Positions 16,844-27,515 of a stretch of DNA of 52,273 nucleotides are shown here, piece by piece. Numbering within the stretch: position 1 is the stretch's first letter; the number at the start of each line of letters is the position of its first letter. The translations under genes were made by a program, and so were the position numbers. Below the pieces are notes generated by a model. That model was not told the DNA's origin. It was given only the letters and a program-made list of their open reading frames with translations, and searched no databases. The DNA comes from Bacillota bacterium (GTDB lineage Bacteria > Bacillota > Dethiobacteria > Dethiobacterales > Dethiobacteraceae): positions 1 to 52,273 of the forward strand of contig JAAYLG010000043.1 of assembly GCA_012522075.1 (NCBI GenBank), given 5' to 3'.

Positions 16844-18949
16844 TTGAGCAGGCGAACGGTATCCAATATCACTGTGAAAAAAAGACTAATCTTCCTTTTC
16901 TTTTGTATGGCACTGGCTGTAACCGCCCTAATTGTCCGTCTGGGCTACCTGCAGATAGTGCGGGCTGCGGAACTGCAGAGCCTGGCATGGGAACAATGGA
17001 CGCGCAGCAATGTTGTCCGTGCCCAGCGCGGTGACATTCTGGACCGCAACGGGAAGCTGCTTGCCGGCAGTGCCAGTGCGCTGTCCATTCTGGCCCGCCC
17101 CAGACAGGTAGAAAACAAGGGGGAAGCTGCGCGCCTACTTGCTCCCATTCTGGAAGTGGAAGAAGAGCGGCTTTTGGAATTGCTGCAAAAGCCGCAGGAT
17201 TCCGTTTATTTGAAACGGAAAGTGGATGCGGATGTTGCCCAGGAAATTCGCAAGTTGGAAATTACGGGGCTTTATTTTACCCCCGAACCGAAGCGCTACT
17301 ATCCCAACGGCAAACTGGCGTCACAGCTGCTCGGGTTTGTGGGAATTGATGAAGGCCTGGCTGGCCTGGAAAACCAGTATGAAAAAGAGTTGAAGGGTCA
17401 GGACGGGCGTATTGAGCTGGAAACGGACGGAAGAGGGCGCAGGATGCCCCAGGGTGTGCAACAGTTTATCCCGGCTGTAGACGGGATGGATATGGTACTC
17501 ACCATTGACCAGAACATTCAATATATTATTGAACGGGAAATGGACCGTGTCATGGAGGAGTCACAGCCCAAAGGTATTGTTGCCATTGCCATGGATCCCA
17601 AAACTGGCGAAATACTGGGAATAGCCGGCAAGCCGGACTTTGACCCCAATAGTTACGCGGACTACCCGCAGGAAAACTGGAAGCTGACACCTATTTCCAA
17701 TACCTTTGAGCCGGGTTCAACCTTTAAACTGGTTACACTGGCGGCCGCCCTCGAGGAAGGCCATTTCCATGCCAGTGAAGGTTTTTTCTGCAGAGGTTAT
17801 GCCGTTGTGGCCGGCACAACCATCGGCTGCTGGACGCGCGGGCGCGGCGGCCACGGTGCACTGGATTTTACCAAAGTGGTGCTCGGCTCCTGCAACCCCG
17901 GTTTTATTGAGCTGGGAAACAGGATCGGTGCCGACAAGCTGATGGAGTATGTAAAGGCTTTCGGTTTCGGTCAGAAAACAGGGATCGATGTGATTGGCGA
18001 AGGGACCGGGATTTTGTTTTCACCGGAGCAGTACGGACCGGTGGAAGCCGCTACTACCGCCTTCGGCCAGGGGGTTTCAGTTACTCCCATCCAGCAGGCG
18101 GCGGCTGTCTGTGCCATGGTTAACGGCGGCTACCTGATGAAGCCGTATGTGGTCAAAGAGCTGCGAGACAGCGAAGGCAAGGTAACGAAAAATGAGCCGC
18201 AGGTGGTCCGGCGGGTGATTTCGGAAGCCACGTGCGAGGAAATCAAGCGCATTATGGAACTTGTCGTCCGGGAAGGCAGCGGCAAAAACGCTTACCTGGA
18301 AGGCTACCGCATCGGCGGCAAAACGGGAACGGCGCAGAAGGTTGCCGGCGGCCGTTATCTTGACGGGGAGAATATTCTATCTTTTATAGGTTTTGCCCCG
18401 GTGGAAGACCCGAGGATTGTACTTTATATAGCAGTAGACGCGCCTCAGACCGGTCCCCAGTGGGGTTCGCAGGTTTCCGCTCCCATGTTCAGGCGGATGA
18501 TGGAAAGCATGCTGAAGTATATGAGTATCCCGCCTTCCACCACGCCCACGGAAACAGTTCCCGAGCTGGTGGAAGTGCCCGACTTGACGGGGCGCACACT
18601 GGATGAGGAGACCAGCAACCTGCTGGATACGGCGGGGCTTTTGGTGCGTTACGTGGGTGAGGGCGGCACCGTCCTCAACCAAACGCCGAAGGCGGGCGCC
18701 AAGGTGCCGTTGCAAACAACCGTGCTTGTTTACCTGGGCGGGATGGAAACGGATGACGGTGTAATCGTCCCCGATTTAAGCGGGAAAACCATGCGCGAAG
18801 CCAGCGAAGTCCTTGGCTGGCTCGGCCTGCGCATGAACGGCAGTGGCTCCGGTGTAGCTGTCAGCCAAAATCCCGAGCCCGGGACCAAGGTTGCAAAAAA
18901 TAGTATAGTTTACGTGGAGTTTGCCGCTCCCGGCGAGGTAGAACGGTAG
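16844..18949 (+). CDS. Class B penicillin-binding protein (SpoVD/PBP2B/FtsI family) with two C-terminal PASTA domains
   Basis: The ORF-track frame runs 16811..18949. TTG 16844 lies 6 nt after GGGAGGG. Motifs STFK (GSTFKLVT), SCN and KTGT are present. The two PASTA-like repeats are VPDLTGRT... and VPDLSGKT... Confidence 0.9.
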   Translation: MSRRTVSNITVKKRLIFLFFCMALAVTALIVRLGYLQIVRAAELQSLAWEQWTRSNVVRAQRGDILDRNGKLLAGSASALSILARPRQVENKGEAARLLAPILEVEEERLLELLQKPQDSVYLKRKVDADVAQEIRKLEITGLYFTPEPKRYYPNGKLASQLLGFVGIDEGLAGLENQYEKELKGQDGRIELETDGRGRRMPQGVQQFIPAVDGMDMVLTIDQNIQYIIEREMDRVMEESQPKGIVAIAMDPKTGEILGIAGKPDFDPNSYADYPQENWKLTPISNTFEPGSTFKLVTLAAALEEGHFHASEGFFCRGYAVVAGTTIGCWTRGRGGHGALDFTKVVLGSCNPGFIELGNRIGADKLMEYVKAFGFGQKTGIDVIGEGTGILFSPEQYGPVEAATTAFGQGVSVTPIQQAAAVCAMVNGGYLMKPYVVKELRDSEGKVTKNEPQVVRRVISEATCEEIKRIMELVVREGSGKNAYLEGYRIGGKTGTAQKVAGGRYLDGENILSFIGFAPVEDPRIVLYIAVDAPQTGPQWGSQVSAPMFRRMMESMLKYMSIPPSTTPTETVPELVEVPDLTGRTLDEETSNLLDTAGLLVRYVGEGGTVLNQTPKAGAKVPLQTTVLVYLGGMETDDGVIVPDLSGKTMREASEVLGWLGLRMNGSGSGVAVSQNPEPGTKVAKNSIVYVEFAAPGEVER

Positions 18950-19029
18950 AGGGTGAAGTAAACTTCACCCCCTTTTTGTCTATGGGCAAAACATGTGTGA
19001 CAAATTGCTATGGGGGGTATAATAGCAGG

Positions 19030-20559
19030 ATGAAAACGCTTGCCCAGCTCGTCGGTTGCCTGCTGCATGCGGAGATCCTGGGCCCCCGGGAGCGGCCTGT
19101 CAGCGGGATTTGCTACCACTCGTCCCGCGTGCGGCCCGGGTATATGTTTGTCTGCCTGCCCGGCACACGTTCTCACGGTAAGCGTTATGTGGCGGAAGCA
19201 GTGGCGGCGGGAGCCGCCGCCGTTGTTACCGACCTGGAAGGTGTGGATGCCGGCGATGCCACAGTAGTGCGCGTGCCTGATACACGCCTGGCCCTGGCGC
19301 TGTTGGCTGCCTGTTATTATGACTTTCCTTCCCGTGATCTGGTTCTAACCGGAGTGACGGGAACCAACGGCAAAACAACCACCACCTATTTAATTGATGC
19401 CTTACTACAGAGTGCCGGTGCAGCCACCGGCTTAATCGGCACGGTCAACTACCGCATCCGTGGCGAGGAGTTTCCGTCCCTTGCCACTACGCCCGAAGCC
19501 TCCGACCTGCAGTGTTACCTGCATGAAATGAAAATAGCAGGTGTTACCCATGCAACTATGGAAGTATCTTCCCATGCACTGTCCTGGTACCGCACCATTG
19601 GCTGCGATTTTGATACAGTTGTGCTAACCAATATTACGGAGGATCATCTTGACTTTCACCGGACATTTGAGCATTACCTGGCAAGCAAAAGCAGGCTTTT
19701 TGCCTGGCTTGGATCCATGCCGGCCAAGCGGGGCAGGATGAAGAGGGCGGTGCTGAATGGCGACGACCCCAACTGGTGTCAGCTTGCCGCCCAGACGCCG
19801 GCAGAAATATTGCTTTACGGTCTTTCCAAGCACTGCCACATTAGAGCATCGGATATCCGTGTAACCAGGGAGGGAGTCCGTTTTCGCCTGGATACCCGGC
19901 AGGGAGGCCTGTCCCTGCAGTTGAAAATGACCGGCCTTTTTTCCGTCTACAATGCCCTGGCGGCCATTGCCGTAGGTCTCTTGGAAGGGCTGGGACTGGG
20001 GCATATCAAAGCGGTGCTGGAAGAGGTCTCGGGGGTGCCGGGGCGCTTCGAACTGATTGATGCAGGACAGGATTTTACCGTCATTGTGGATTATGCCCAT
20101 ACGCCTGACGGCCTGGAGAATATTTTGCGGGCGGTGCGGGAATTTGCCCGCGCCCGGGTGCTGACCGTTTTCGGCTGCGGCGGGGAGCGGGACCGCAGTA
20201 AAAGGCCTTTAATGGGAAAAGTGGCCGGTATGTACAGTGACTTTTGCATAGTTACCTCCGACAACCCGCGCGGGGAGGATGAATGGCAGATTATTGCGGA
20301 AATTCTGCCGGGGCTAGAGAAGGAAAAAGCAAAGCGTGAGTATGTGGTCCTGACCGACCGCAGAAAAGCCATTGAACATGCACTGGAGATGGCTCGTCCC
20401 GGCGATGTGGTGGTTATTGCCGGGAAAGGGCATGAAACATCCCAGGTCTTTCGTGATTACAGTATTCCCTTTGACGACCGGCAGGTCGTACGGGAATGGT
20501 TACAGAGGAGTCGGACACGACATGGAGATGAATTGCAGGGCGGTGGCGGCGGCCGTTAA
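19030..20559 (+). CDS. murE: UDP-MurNAc-L-Ala-D-Glu--2,6-diaminopimelate ligase
   Basis: This is the in-frame part of ORF 18976..20559 and starts MKTLAQLV. GVTGTNGKTTTT is present. The DNPR motif (TSDNPRGED) indicates meso-DAP specificity. Confidence 0.92.
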   Translation: MKTLAQLVGCLLHAEILGPRERPVSGICYHSSRVRPGYMFVCLPGTRSHGKRYVAEAVAAGAAAVVTDLEGVDAGDATVVRVPDTRLALALLAACYYDFPSRDLVLTGVTGTNGKTTTTYLIDALLQSAGAATGLIGTVNYRIRGEEFPSLATTPEASDLQCYLHEMKIAGVTHATMEVSSHALSWYRTIGCDFDTVVLTNITEDHLDFHRTFEHYLASKSRLFAWLGSMPAKRGRMKRAVLNGDDPNWCQLAAQTPAEILLYGLSKHCHIRASDIRVTREGVRFRLDTRQGGLSLQLKMTGLFSVYNALAAIAVGLLEGLGLGHIKAVLEEVSGVPGRFELIDAGQDFTVIVDYAHTPDGLENILRAVREFARARVLTVFGCGGERDRSKRPLMGKVAGMYSDFCIVTSDNPRGEDEWQIIAEILPGLEKEKAKREYVVLTDRRKAIEHALEMARPGDVVVIAGKGHETSQVFRDYSIPFDDRQVVREWLQRSRTRHGDELQGGGGGR

Positions 20560-21913
20560 CGGCAGCATACTGCAGGCAGGCAGTGAACGTAATATCCGCC
20601 GGTTTGTCATTGATTCACGGCTAGCTGCCGACGGCGATTTCTTTGTTCCCCTTAAAGGCGAACATACCGACGGGCACCATTATGTGCAGGACGCGGCACA
20701 AAACGGTGCTATCGGCTGTTTTGTCAGCCGTAACTACACTTTGTCGTCGCTGCCGCATGGAATGTTTGTCATTGCCGTTGACAACACGCTGACGGCCCTG
20801 CAGCAGGCGGCGGCAGCCTACCGCCGGCATTTTGCCCTGCCGGTAATAGGGGTGACGGGTTCGGTGGGCAAAACCACCACCAAGGACATGATTGCCGCCG
20901 TTTTGTCCGCCAGGCTGCGCACGCTGAAGACGGAAGGCAACCTAAATAATGAAATCGGACTGCCGCTGATGCTGACCCGCCTGGAGGCGGAAACGGAGGC
21001 TGCGGTGCTGGAAATGGGTATGAGCGGTTTCGGGGAAATCGCCCGACTGGCTGCCCTGGCAAAGCCTACAGTGGGTGTAATTACCAATATCGGCGAGTCC
21101 CATCTGGAGATACTCGGCACCAGGGAAGGAATTGCCCGGGCCAAAAGCGAACTGCTTTTGGCTTTGCCGCCGGAAGGGGCCGCCGTTGTCAACGGGGATG
21201 AGCCGCTGCTTTTGCCCCATACTAAAAATTTGCCGTGCCCGGTAATCACTTTTGGCTTTGCCGAAACCGCCACTGTCCGCTGCCGCGGGTTGGAAGGGAC
21301 GGACGGGCGGAAAAAAGTTCTGATTGAGCAGGCCGGCTACCCGCTCCTGCGGCTGGAGTTGCCGCTGCCGGGCAGGCATAATGTGTACAATCTCCTGGCG
21401 GCAGTCGCCGTGGGCAGGCTGCTGCACCTGACCGATGATGAGATCAGGGACGGCCTTGCCAAGTTGCAGCCGACAGCCATGCGGCAGGAAATAGTAACTC
21501 TGCCAGGAGGCGTCCGGGTGATTAATGACGCCTACAATGCGAGTCCCACTTCCATGGCCGCTGCGCTGGACCTTTTGCAGGAACTTTCCGGCGGTGCAGG
21601 CAGAATTGCCGTATTGGGTGACATGCTGGAGCTGGGAGACATGGAGGAAGAGGGACACCGGCAGGTGGGAAGACTGGCGGCGCAAAGCAACTTAAAAGCG
21701 CTGCTGGTTTTAGGCGAGCGAGCCGCCTGGATTGCCCGGGGGGCAAAGGAGGCCGGCATGGCGGAGGAGAATATTTACCACCCCGCTTCCCATGCCGAAA
21801 CAGCCCTTTTGCTGCAAAAACTGGCGCAGCAGGGCGATTATGTCCTGCTGAAAGGCTCGCGGGGGATGCGCATGGAGAAAGTGCTGCAGCTTTTTCAGGG
21901 GGAAGAAAAATGA
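20522..21913 (+). CDS. murF: UDP-MurNAc-tripeptide--D-alanyl-D-alanine ligase
   Basis: This is the in-frame part of ORF 20372..21913. ATG 20522 follows GAGGAG. GVTGSVGKTTTK is present. It overlaps the murE 3' end by 38 nt. Confidence 0.9.
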   Translation: MEMNCRAVAAAVNGSILQAGSERNIRRFVIDSRLAADGDFFVPLKGEHTDGHHYVQDAAQNGAIGCFVSRNYTLSSLPHGMFVIAVDNTLTALQQAAAAYRRHFALPVIGVTGSVGKTTTKDMIAAVLSARLRTLKTEGNLNNEIGLPLMLTRLEAETEAAVLEMGMSGFGEIARLAALAKPTVGVITNIGESHLEILGTREGIARAKSELLLALPPEGAAVVNGDEPLLLPHTKNLPCPVITFGFAETATVRCRGLEGTDGRKKVLIEQAGYPLLRLELPLPGRHNVYNLLAAVAVGRLLHLTDDEIRDGLAKLQPTAMRQEIVTLPGGVRVINDAYNASPTSMAAALDLLQELSGGAGRIAVLGDMLELGDMEEEGHRQVGRLAAQSNLKALLVLGERAAWIARGAKEAGMAEENIYHPASHAETALLLQKLAQQGDYVLLKGSRGMRMEKVLQLFQGEEK

Positions 21914-22872
21914 ATCTGGCATTGATACAAACTGCACTTATTGCTTTTCTCATCGGACTGGTACTGGCTCCCGTCTTTATCAAGCTGTTGCGCAGGCTGT
22001 CTTTCGGCCAGCAGATCCGGGAAGAAGGTCCGCGTCGGCATTATAAGAAAGCCGGGACTCCCACCATGGGAGGCGTTATTTTCCTGGCGGCTGCACTGCC
22101 TGCTATTCTGCTTTTTGCCCCGCGGAACCTGCCTCTTTTGCTTGTACTTTTTCTGATGCTGGGCAACGGTCTTATCGGTTTTGTTGACGATTATTTAAAG
22201 GTGGTAAAAAAGCAGTCGCTGGGGCTGAAAGCGCGCAGCAAGCTGTTCGGGCAGTTTCTAACCGTACTGGTTTTTTATGTCGCATGGCGGTATGCCGGGC
22301 CGGCCGATACCGTCCTGCAGGTGCCGTTTACCGACTGGATGCTTGATTTGGGGGTGCTGTATCCCTTTTTCCTGCTTTTTTTCGTCTTTGGTTTTACCAA
22401 TGCGGTAAATCTGACTGACGGCGTGGACGGACTGGCCGGCGGGACAGCTATTCTGGCCCTGCTTGCTTACCTGCTGATTGCCGTGCGGCAGGAAGCATCC
22501 TCTCTTTCCCATTATTGCGCGGCCATGATCGGCGCAGTCTTTGCCTTTCTGATCTATAATCTTCACCCTGCCCGTGTTTTTATGGGGGATGTGGGGTCAC
22601 TGTCTCTGGGCGGTGCCCTGGCGGCCTTGGCAGTGCTGACAAAAACGGAATTATATTTGCTGATTATCGGCGGCGTTTTTGTGATAGAAGCTTTCTCCGT
22701 GATAATTCAAGTCATTGTTTTTCAAAGCACAGGCAGGCGGGTTTTTCGCATGAGCCCGCTGCATCACCACTATGAACTGGGCGGCCACAGTGAATGGCGC
22801 GTGGTGACAGGATTCTGGGCCGCAGGTTTCATCCTGGCCGTCATCGGCCTGCTGCAGGTGGGCGCCTTATAA
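21910..22872 (+). CDS. mraY: Phospho-N-acetylmuramoyl-pentapeptide transferase
   Basis: 320 aa. GTPTMGG and NAVNLTDGVDGLA are present. Its start overlaps the murF stop as ATGA. Confidence 0.95.
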   Translation: MNLALIQTALIAFLIGLVLAPVFIKLLRRLSFGQQIREEGPRRHYKKAGTPTMGGVIFLAAALPAILLFAPRNLPLLLVLFLMLGNGLIGFVDDYLKVVKKQSLGLKARSKLFGQFLTVLVFYVAWRYAGPADTVLQVPFTDWMLDLGVLYPFFLLFFVFGFTNAVNLTDGVDGLAGGTAILALLAYLLIAVRQEASSLSHYCAAMIGAVFAFLIYNLHPARVFMGDVGSLSLGGALAALAVLTKTELYLLIIGGVFVIEAFSVIIQVIVFQSTGRRVFRMSPLHHHYELGGHSEWRVVTGFWAAGFILAVIGLLQVGAL

Positions 22873-22895
22873 GCAAAGCGGAAGGAAGGAAGCAT

Positions 22896-24281
22896 GTGGT
22901 AAAACTTGCGGGACAAAAAGTGGTTGTCATCGGGCTTGCCCGCAGCGGCTTGGCCAGTATCAGGCTGCTCCTTGCGGACCGGGCGCATGTGACTGTCAAT
23001 GACAAGCGGGGAGAGGCGGCCCTGCTGCCGGAGGAATGTGTCTTTCTTGCGCAGCATCCCGAAGTGCAGTTTGTGGGCGGCGGCCATCCGTCCGGGCTGG
23101 TGGACGGCAAGACCGCCCTGGTGATCAAAAATCCGGGTGTGCCGCCGGGCCTGCCTCCCCTTAAAGAGGCAGCCCGCCTGGGGGTACCGGTGATTACGGA
23201 AGTGGAGTATGCCTTCTGGAAAATGAAGGCTATGCTGGTGGCAGTGACAGGTACCAACGGGAAGACTACTACCACCGCCCTGACAGGGGAAATATACAAG
23301 GCGGCGGGGAGAAAGACCTTTACCGCCGGCAACATCGGCTTTCCCCTGACAGCCGTAGTTCAGGAAGCGGGAGAAGATGACGTGATTGTGGCCGAACTGT
23401 CCAGTTTTCAGCTGGAAGGGACGCTGACTTTCCGCCCTCATCTCTGCGCCATTTTAAATCTGACGCCTGATCACCTGGACCGCCACGGCTCCTTTGCCGC
23501 TTATGCCGCAGCTAACGCCAGGATCTTTGCCAACCAGCGCGAGGATAATGCCGTTGTTCTCAATGCGGACGACCCCCAAACAAAGAAACTGGCAGGTCGG
23601 TCGGCAAGCCGCATCTACTTTTTCAGCCGCAAGGAGGAAGTGGAACGCGGTGCTTTTCTCCGCGGCGGTTTCATTGTCCTGCGGGACGGAGAGCGGGAGG
23701 AAGAAATTTGCCGGGCACAGAATGTTGCCATTCCCGGTGCACATAACCTGGAAAACGCTCTGGCTGCAGCACTTTTGGCCTGGCTGGGCGGAGTTGAGGC
23801 GGAGGTAATTGCCGGCGTCCTAAGGTCTTTCCCCGGGGTGCCGCACCGTCTGGAGTTTGTGCGGACAATAAAAGGTGTGGACTATATCAATGATTCCAAA
23901 GGAACAAATCCGGATGCTACTATTAAAGCGCTGGAGGCAATTCAAAAAAAGGTTATTCTCATCGCGGGAGGCTATGAAAAAGGGGCCGATTTTACCCCGC
24001 TGGTAAAAGCCATGCAGGGAAAAGTAGGCCACGCCGTTCTCATCGGGCAGGTGGCGGAACGCCTGGGCAGGGCGCTGGCCGGTGCAGGTTTTGACGCCTA
24101 TACTTTTGCCAAAACGTTGGAAGAAGCGGTGGCAATGGCGGCAAATATGGCCCGGCCGGGAGACGTGGTGCTTTTATCACCCGCCTGTGCCTCCTGGGAT
24201 ATGTTCCGGGATTTTGAGGAGCGGGGAGAAGTATTTAAAAAAGCAGTCCGGTCTTTGGAGGGACAAATAAATGGCCGGTAG
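22896..24281 (+). CDS. murD: UDP-MurNAc-L-alanine--D-glutamate ligase
   Basis: This is the in-frame part of ORF 22794..24281. GTG 22896 follows GGAAGGAAGGA. VIGLARSG and VTGTNGKTTT are present. Confidence 0.9.
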   Translation: MVKLAGQKVVVIGLARSGLASIRLLLADRAHVTVNDKRGEAALLPEECVFLAQHPEVQFVGGGHPSGLVDGKTALVIKNPGVPPGLPPLKEAARLGVPVITEVEYAFWKMKAMLVAVTGTNGKTTTTALTGEIYKAAGRKTFTAGNIGFPLTAVVQEAGEDDVIVAELSSFQLEGTLTFRPHLCAILNLTPDHLDRHGSFAAYAAANARIFANQREDNAVVLNADDPQTKKLAGRSASRIYFFSRKEEVERGAFLRGGFIVLRDGEREEEICRAQNVAIPGAHNLENALAAALLAWLGGVEAEVIAGVLRSFPGVPHRLEFVRTIKGVDYINDSKGTNPDATIKALEAIQKKVILIAGGYEKGADFTPLVKAMQGKVGHAVLIGQVAERLGRALAGAGFDAYTFAKTLEEAVAMAANMARPGDVVLLSPACASWDMFRDFEERGEVFKKAVRSLEGQINGR

Positions 24282-25383
24282 GCGGAACCGGAATCTCCAT
24301 AAAAATGAAGCTGATTTTATCCTGCTGTTCACGGCCATGACGCTGCTGGCAATCGGCATTGTCATGGTTTTCAGCGCCAGTTATTATATGTTGCGTGAAC
24401 GGAATGATCCGTATTATCACTTGCGCCGGCAGGTAATGTGGGCGGCTTTAGGCCTGGTTGGGATGATTTTTTTCAGCAATTATGACTACTGGAAGCTGAA
24501 ACGCTGGACCAATCTGGCAGTGCTGGCGAGCATTGTCCTGCTTGTGGCCACTTTTATCCCCGGCGTCGGGGTGGAGATTTACGGGGCCAGACGCTGGATT
24601 GGCATCGGCGGTTTCACCGCCCAGCCGTCGGATTTGGCCAAAGTTGCGTTGGTCATGTTTGCAGCGGCATATTTATCCCGCAGGGATGTGGAGGTGCAGA
24701 AGTTTATCAGCGGACCGCTGCCGGTCATGGCGGTCATGGGCATTATTTTTGCTTTGATTATCAAACAGCCGGACCTGGGGACGGCTCTTTCCATTGCAGG
24801 TACTGTCATGATTATTCTTTTTACCGCCGGCATGCGCGTGCAGCATATCTTTCTGGTGGCGCTCGCCGCCGTACCTTTGCTTGTTCACATGGTGCGCAGT
24901 GAGCCCTACCGCTTGGAGCGCTGGCTTTCCTTTCTTGATCCCTGGGCCGACCCACTGGATACCGGTTATCAGATCATCCAATCGCTGTATGCCATTGGTC
25001 CGGGAGGCCTTTTTGGCGCAGGGCTGGGGCATGGACGGCAAAAAATGTACTACCTGCCCGAACCGCATAGTGATTTTATCTTTTCCGTAATTTGCGAAGA
25101 ACTGGGGTTTATTGGCGCCAGCACCGTTTTACTGCTGTATTTTCTCCTTTTCTGGCGCGGTTTTAAAGTAGCCCTGTCTGCACCCGATGCTTACGGCAGT
25201 CTGCTGGCGGCCGGCATTGTCACCATGATCGGCCTGCAGACATTGATGAATATCGGGGTGGTTACCGGTTCCATCCCGGTAACGGGGATCAATTTGCCGC
25301 TGATTAGTGCCGGTGGTTCTTCGCTGCTTTTTACATTGTGCAGTATCGGGGTTCTCTTAAATATTTCCAAGCATACGAAATGA
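24271..25383 (+). CDS. SEDS-family peptidoglycan polymerase FtsW/SpoVE
   Basis: 370 aa, about 10 TM segments. QPSDLAKV, PEPHSDFIFS and LPLISAGGSS are present. Confidence 0.9.
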   Translation: MAGRRNRNLHKNEADFILLFTAMTLLAIGIVMVFSASYYMLRERNDPYYHLRRQVMWAALGLVGMIFFSNYDYWKLKRWTNLAVLASIVLLVATFIPGVGVEIYGARRWIGIGGFTAQPSDLAKVALVMFAAAYLSRRDVEVQKFISGPLPVMAVMGIIFALIIKQPDLGTALSIAGTVMIILFTAGMRVQHIFLVALAAVPLLVHMVRSEPYRLERWLSFLDPWADPLDTGYQIIQSLYAIGPGGLFGAGLGHGRQKMYYLPEPHSDFIFSVICEELGFIGASTVLLLYFLLFWRGFKVALSAPDAYGSLLAAGIVTMIGLQTLMNIGVVTGSIPVTGINLPLISAGGSSLLFTLCSIGVLLNISKHTK

Positions 25384-25387
25384 GGAG

Positions 25388-26497
25388 ATGTCTGTGAAAG
25401 TATTGTTTGCCGGGGGCGGGACGGGGGGACATATTTACCCTGCCCTGGCCCTTGCCCGGTACCTGCGGGAAAAGGAAGGCGCCGACGTGCTCTTTGTGGG
25501 AACGGCACGGGGCATGGAAGCGCAAATCGTGCCGGCGGAGGGATTTCCTCTGGAACTTATTCCTGTCGAGGGTTTCTCGCGGCGTTTTTCACTGCAGCTG
25601 GGACGAGCTGTTTTTCTGGCCGGGGCTGCGGTCTTGCGGTCACGCCGTTTACTTGGATGTTTTAAACCGGACGTGGTGGTGGGAACGGGCGGCTATGTGG
25701 CCGGGCCGGTGGTGCTTGCAGCATGGCTTGCGGGCATCCCCACCGTGCTCCATGAACAGAATGCCGTTCCCGGACTGACCAACGTCTGGTTATCACGCCT
25801 GGCCGACCGTGTCTGCTTATCTTTCCCTGTCAGTGAAAAATATTTTCCCAACGTGCGAAAAACTGTGCTTACCGGCAATCCCCGGGCTACGGAAGCATAC
25901 AGGGCGGCTGAGGCGTCGCTGCCCGCCGAACCGCCGCTGGACGGCAGGCGACCTGTCCTGCTCTGTGTGAGCGGCAGCCAGGGGGCGGCCAAAATAAATG
26001 AAACTTTTTCCGCCGCCCTGGAGGCGGTGCTTGCCTCCTGTCACGTGCAGGTCGTCTATATTACAGGCAGGCGCTACTTTGCCGAACTGTCGGCAAAACT
26101 GTCCCGCTTGCAAAAGCGTTATCGTACAAGCCTCCATATACTGCCCTATCATGCGCAGCTGCCCATGCTTTTGTCCCGTACCAGCCTGATGGTAAGCCGG
26201 GCGGGCGCCACGACCCTGGCGGAACTGACGGCGCTGGGAGTGCCGTCAATCCTGATTCCATCCCCCAATGTAACCAACAACCACCAGGAGCATAATGCTA
26301 AGCTTTTGGCCGCAAAAAGGGCGGCCGTGCTGATAAAGGAGGAGGAGTTGTCGGCGGCAGGTTTGGCTACTCTACTTGTCGAATTATTGTCCGACAGGAA
26401 ACGACTTGCCGCCATGGCAAAAGCCGGCAAAGCTTTGGGTGTACCGGATGCAGCCGCACGCATGGCCGCTGTCATCCGCTCTCTCTGCCGTCGTTAG
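25388..26497 (+). CDS. murG: Undecaprenyldiphospho-muramoylpentapeptide beta-N-acetylglucosaminyltransferase
   Basis: 369 aa. GGTGGHIYPALA, HEQN and RAGATTLAE are present. Confidence 0.93.
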   Translation: MSVKVLFAGGGTGGHIYPALALARYLREKEGADVLFVGTARGMEAQIVPAEGFPLELIPVEGFSRRFSLQLGRAVFLAGAAVLRSRRLLGCFKPDVVVGTGGYVAGPVVLAAWLAGIPTVLHEQNAVPGLTNVWLSRLADRVCLSFPVSEKYFPNVRKTVLTGNPRATEAYRAAEASLPAEPPLDGRRPVLLCVSGSQGAAKINETFSAALEAVLASCHVQVVYITGRRYFAELSAKLSRLQKRYRTSLHILPYHAQLPMLLSRTSLMVSRAGATTLAELTALGVPSILIPSPNVTNNHQEHNAKLLAAKRAAVLIKEEELSAAGLATLLVELLSDRKRLAAMAKAGKALGVPDAAARMAAVIRSLCRR

Positions 26498-26602
26498 ACC
26501 TGTATCCAAAGAAATCTTTTTCGGAACGTCCCTGCGGAAACACACAATCGGCCCTTTTGCCATACTATAAATTACGGCTAAGGGTTGAACGCGGAGGTGC
26601 AC

Positions 26603-27499
26603 ATGGACCAGATCGCCCGGAAGCTTGCTGCCAGTATAACCGGAGCTGTCAGAACAAAAGAGCCGCTCTGCCGCCATACATCTTTTAAAATTGGCGGGCC
26701 GGCCGATCTTTTCGTAGAGCCGGCAACAATAGAGGAGCTGGCTTTTACCTTGGCATGCCTGCGCCAAGCCGGTGTGGAGTGGTTTCTACTGGGGAACGGT
26801 ACCAATCTGCTGGTGCATGATGCCGGTTTCCGCGGGGCTGTCATACGGCTTGCCGGAGATTTTCGCCGCTATGAATTTGACGGTCTGATTGTCCGTGCCG
26901 GGGCGGCTGTATCATTGGCCCATCTGGCCAGGGAAACCGGCCGCCGCGGCTATGCCGGTCTTGCTTTTGCCGCCGGGATTCCCGGAACCGTGGGCGGCGC
27001 TCTGGCAACAAATGCAGGGGCCCATGGTGTGGCCTTTGGTGATGTCGTGGCTGATGCACAAATAATGGATGAAAGCGGGGAATTACATACTTGCCTGCCG
27101 GAGACTTTGGGGCTGGCATACCGTAAAAGCAATATTTCGCCTGCTCATGTTGTTTGTGCCGTTACACTGCAGTTGTCAGCGGGAGACAGAGAAGAACTGG
27201 AGAGGCAGTGCCGGGATGATTTTCTTTTTCGCCGGAAACACCAACCCCATCAACCCAATGCCGGAAGTATTTTTAAAAACCCGCCGGGCGATGTTGCCGG
27301 CAGGCTGATTGAAGCTGCGGGCCTCAAAGGCTGCCGGGTGGGAGGAGCGGTGATCTCCGCCGTGCATGCCAATTTTATTGTCAATGACGGGCAGGCAACT
27401 GCCGCCGACGTCATGGCTTTAATCGACAAGGCACGTGCAGAGGTGGCCGGCAAATTCGGCATTGAACTGGAACTGGAGATCTGTTTGCTCGGCTACTAA
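26603..27499 (+). CDS. murB: UDP-N-acetylenolpyruvoylglucosamine reductase
   Basis: This is the in-frame part of ORF 26585..27499. ATG 26603 follows GCGGAGGTG. TSFKIGGPAD, GNGTNLL and AGSIFKNP are present. Confidence 0.9.
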   Translation: MDQIARKLAASITGAVRTKEPLCRHTSFKIGGPADLFVEPATIEELAFTLACLRQAGVEWFLLGNGTNLLVHDAGFRGAVIRLAGDFRRYEFDGLIVRAGAAVSLAHLARETGRRGYAGLAFAAGIPGTVGGALATNAGAHGVAFGDVVADAQIMDESGELHTCLPETLGLAYRKSNISPAHVVCAVTLQLSAGDREELERQCRDDFLFRRKHQPHQPNAGSIFKNPPGDVAGRLIEAAGLKGCRVGGAVISAVHANFIVNDGQATAADVMALIDKARAEVAGKFGIELELEICLLGY

Positions 27500-27515
27500 C
27501 GGGGAAGGTGGAGTT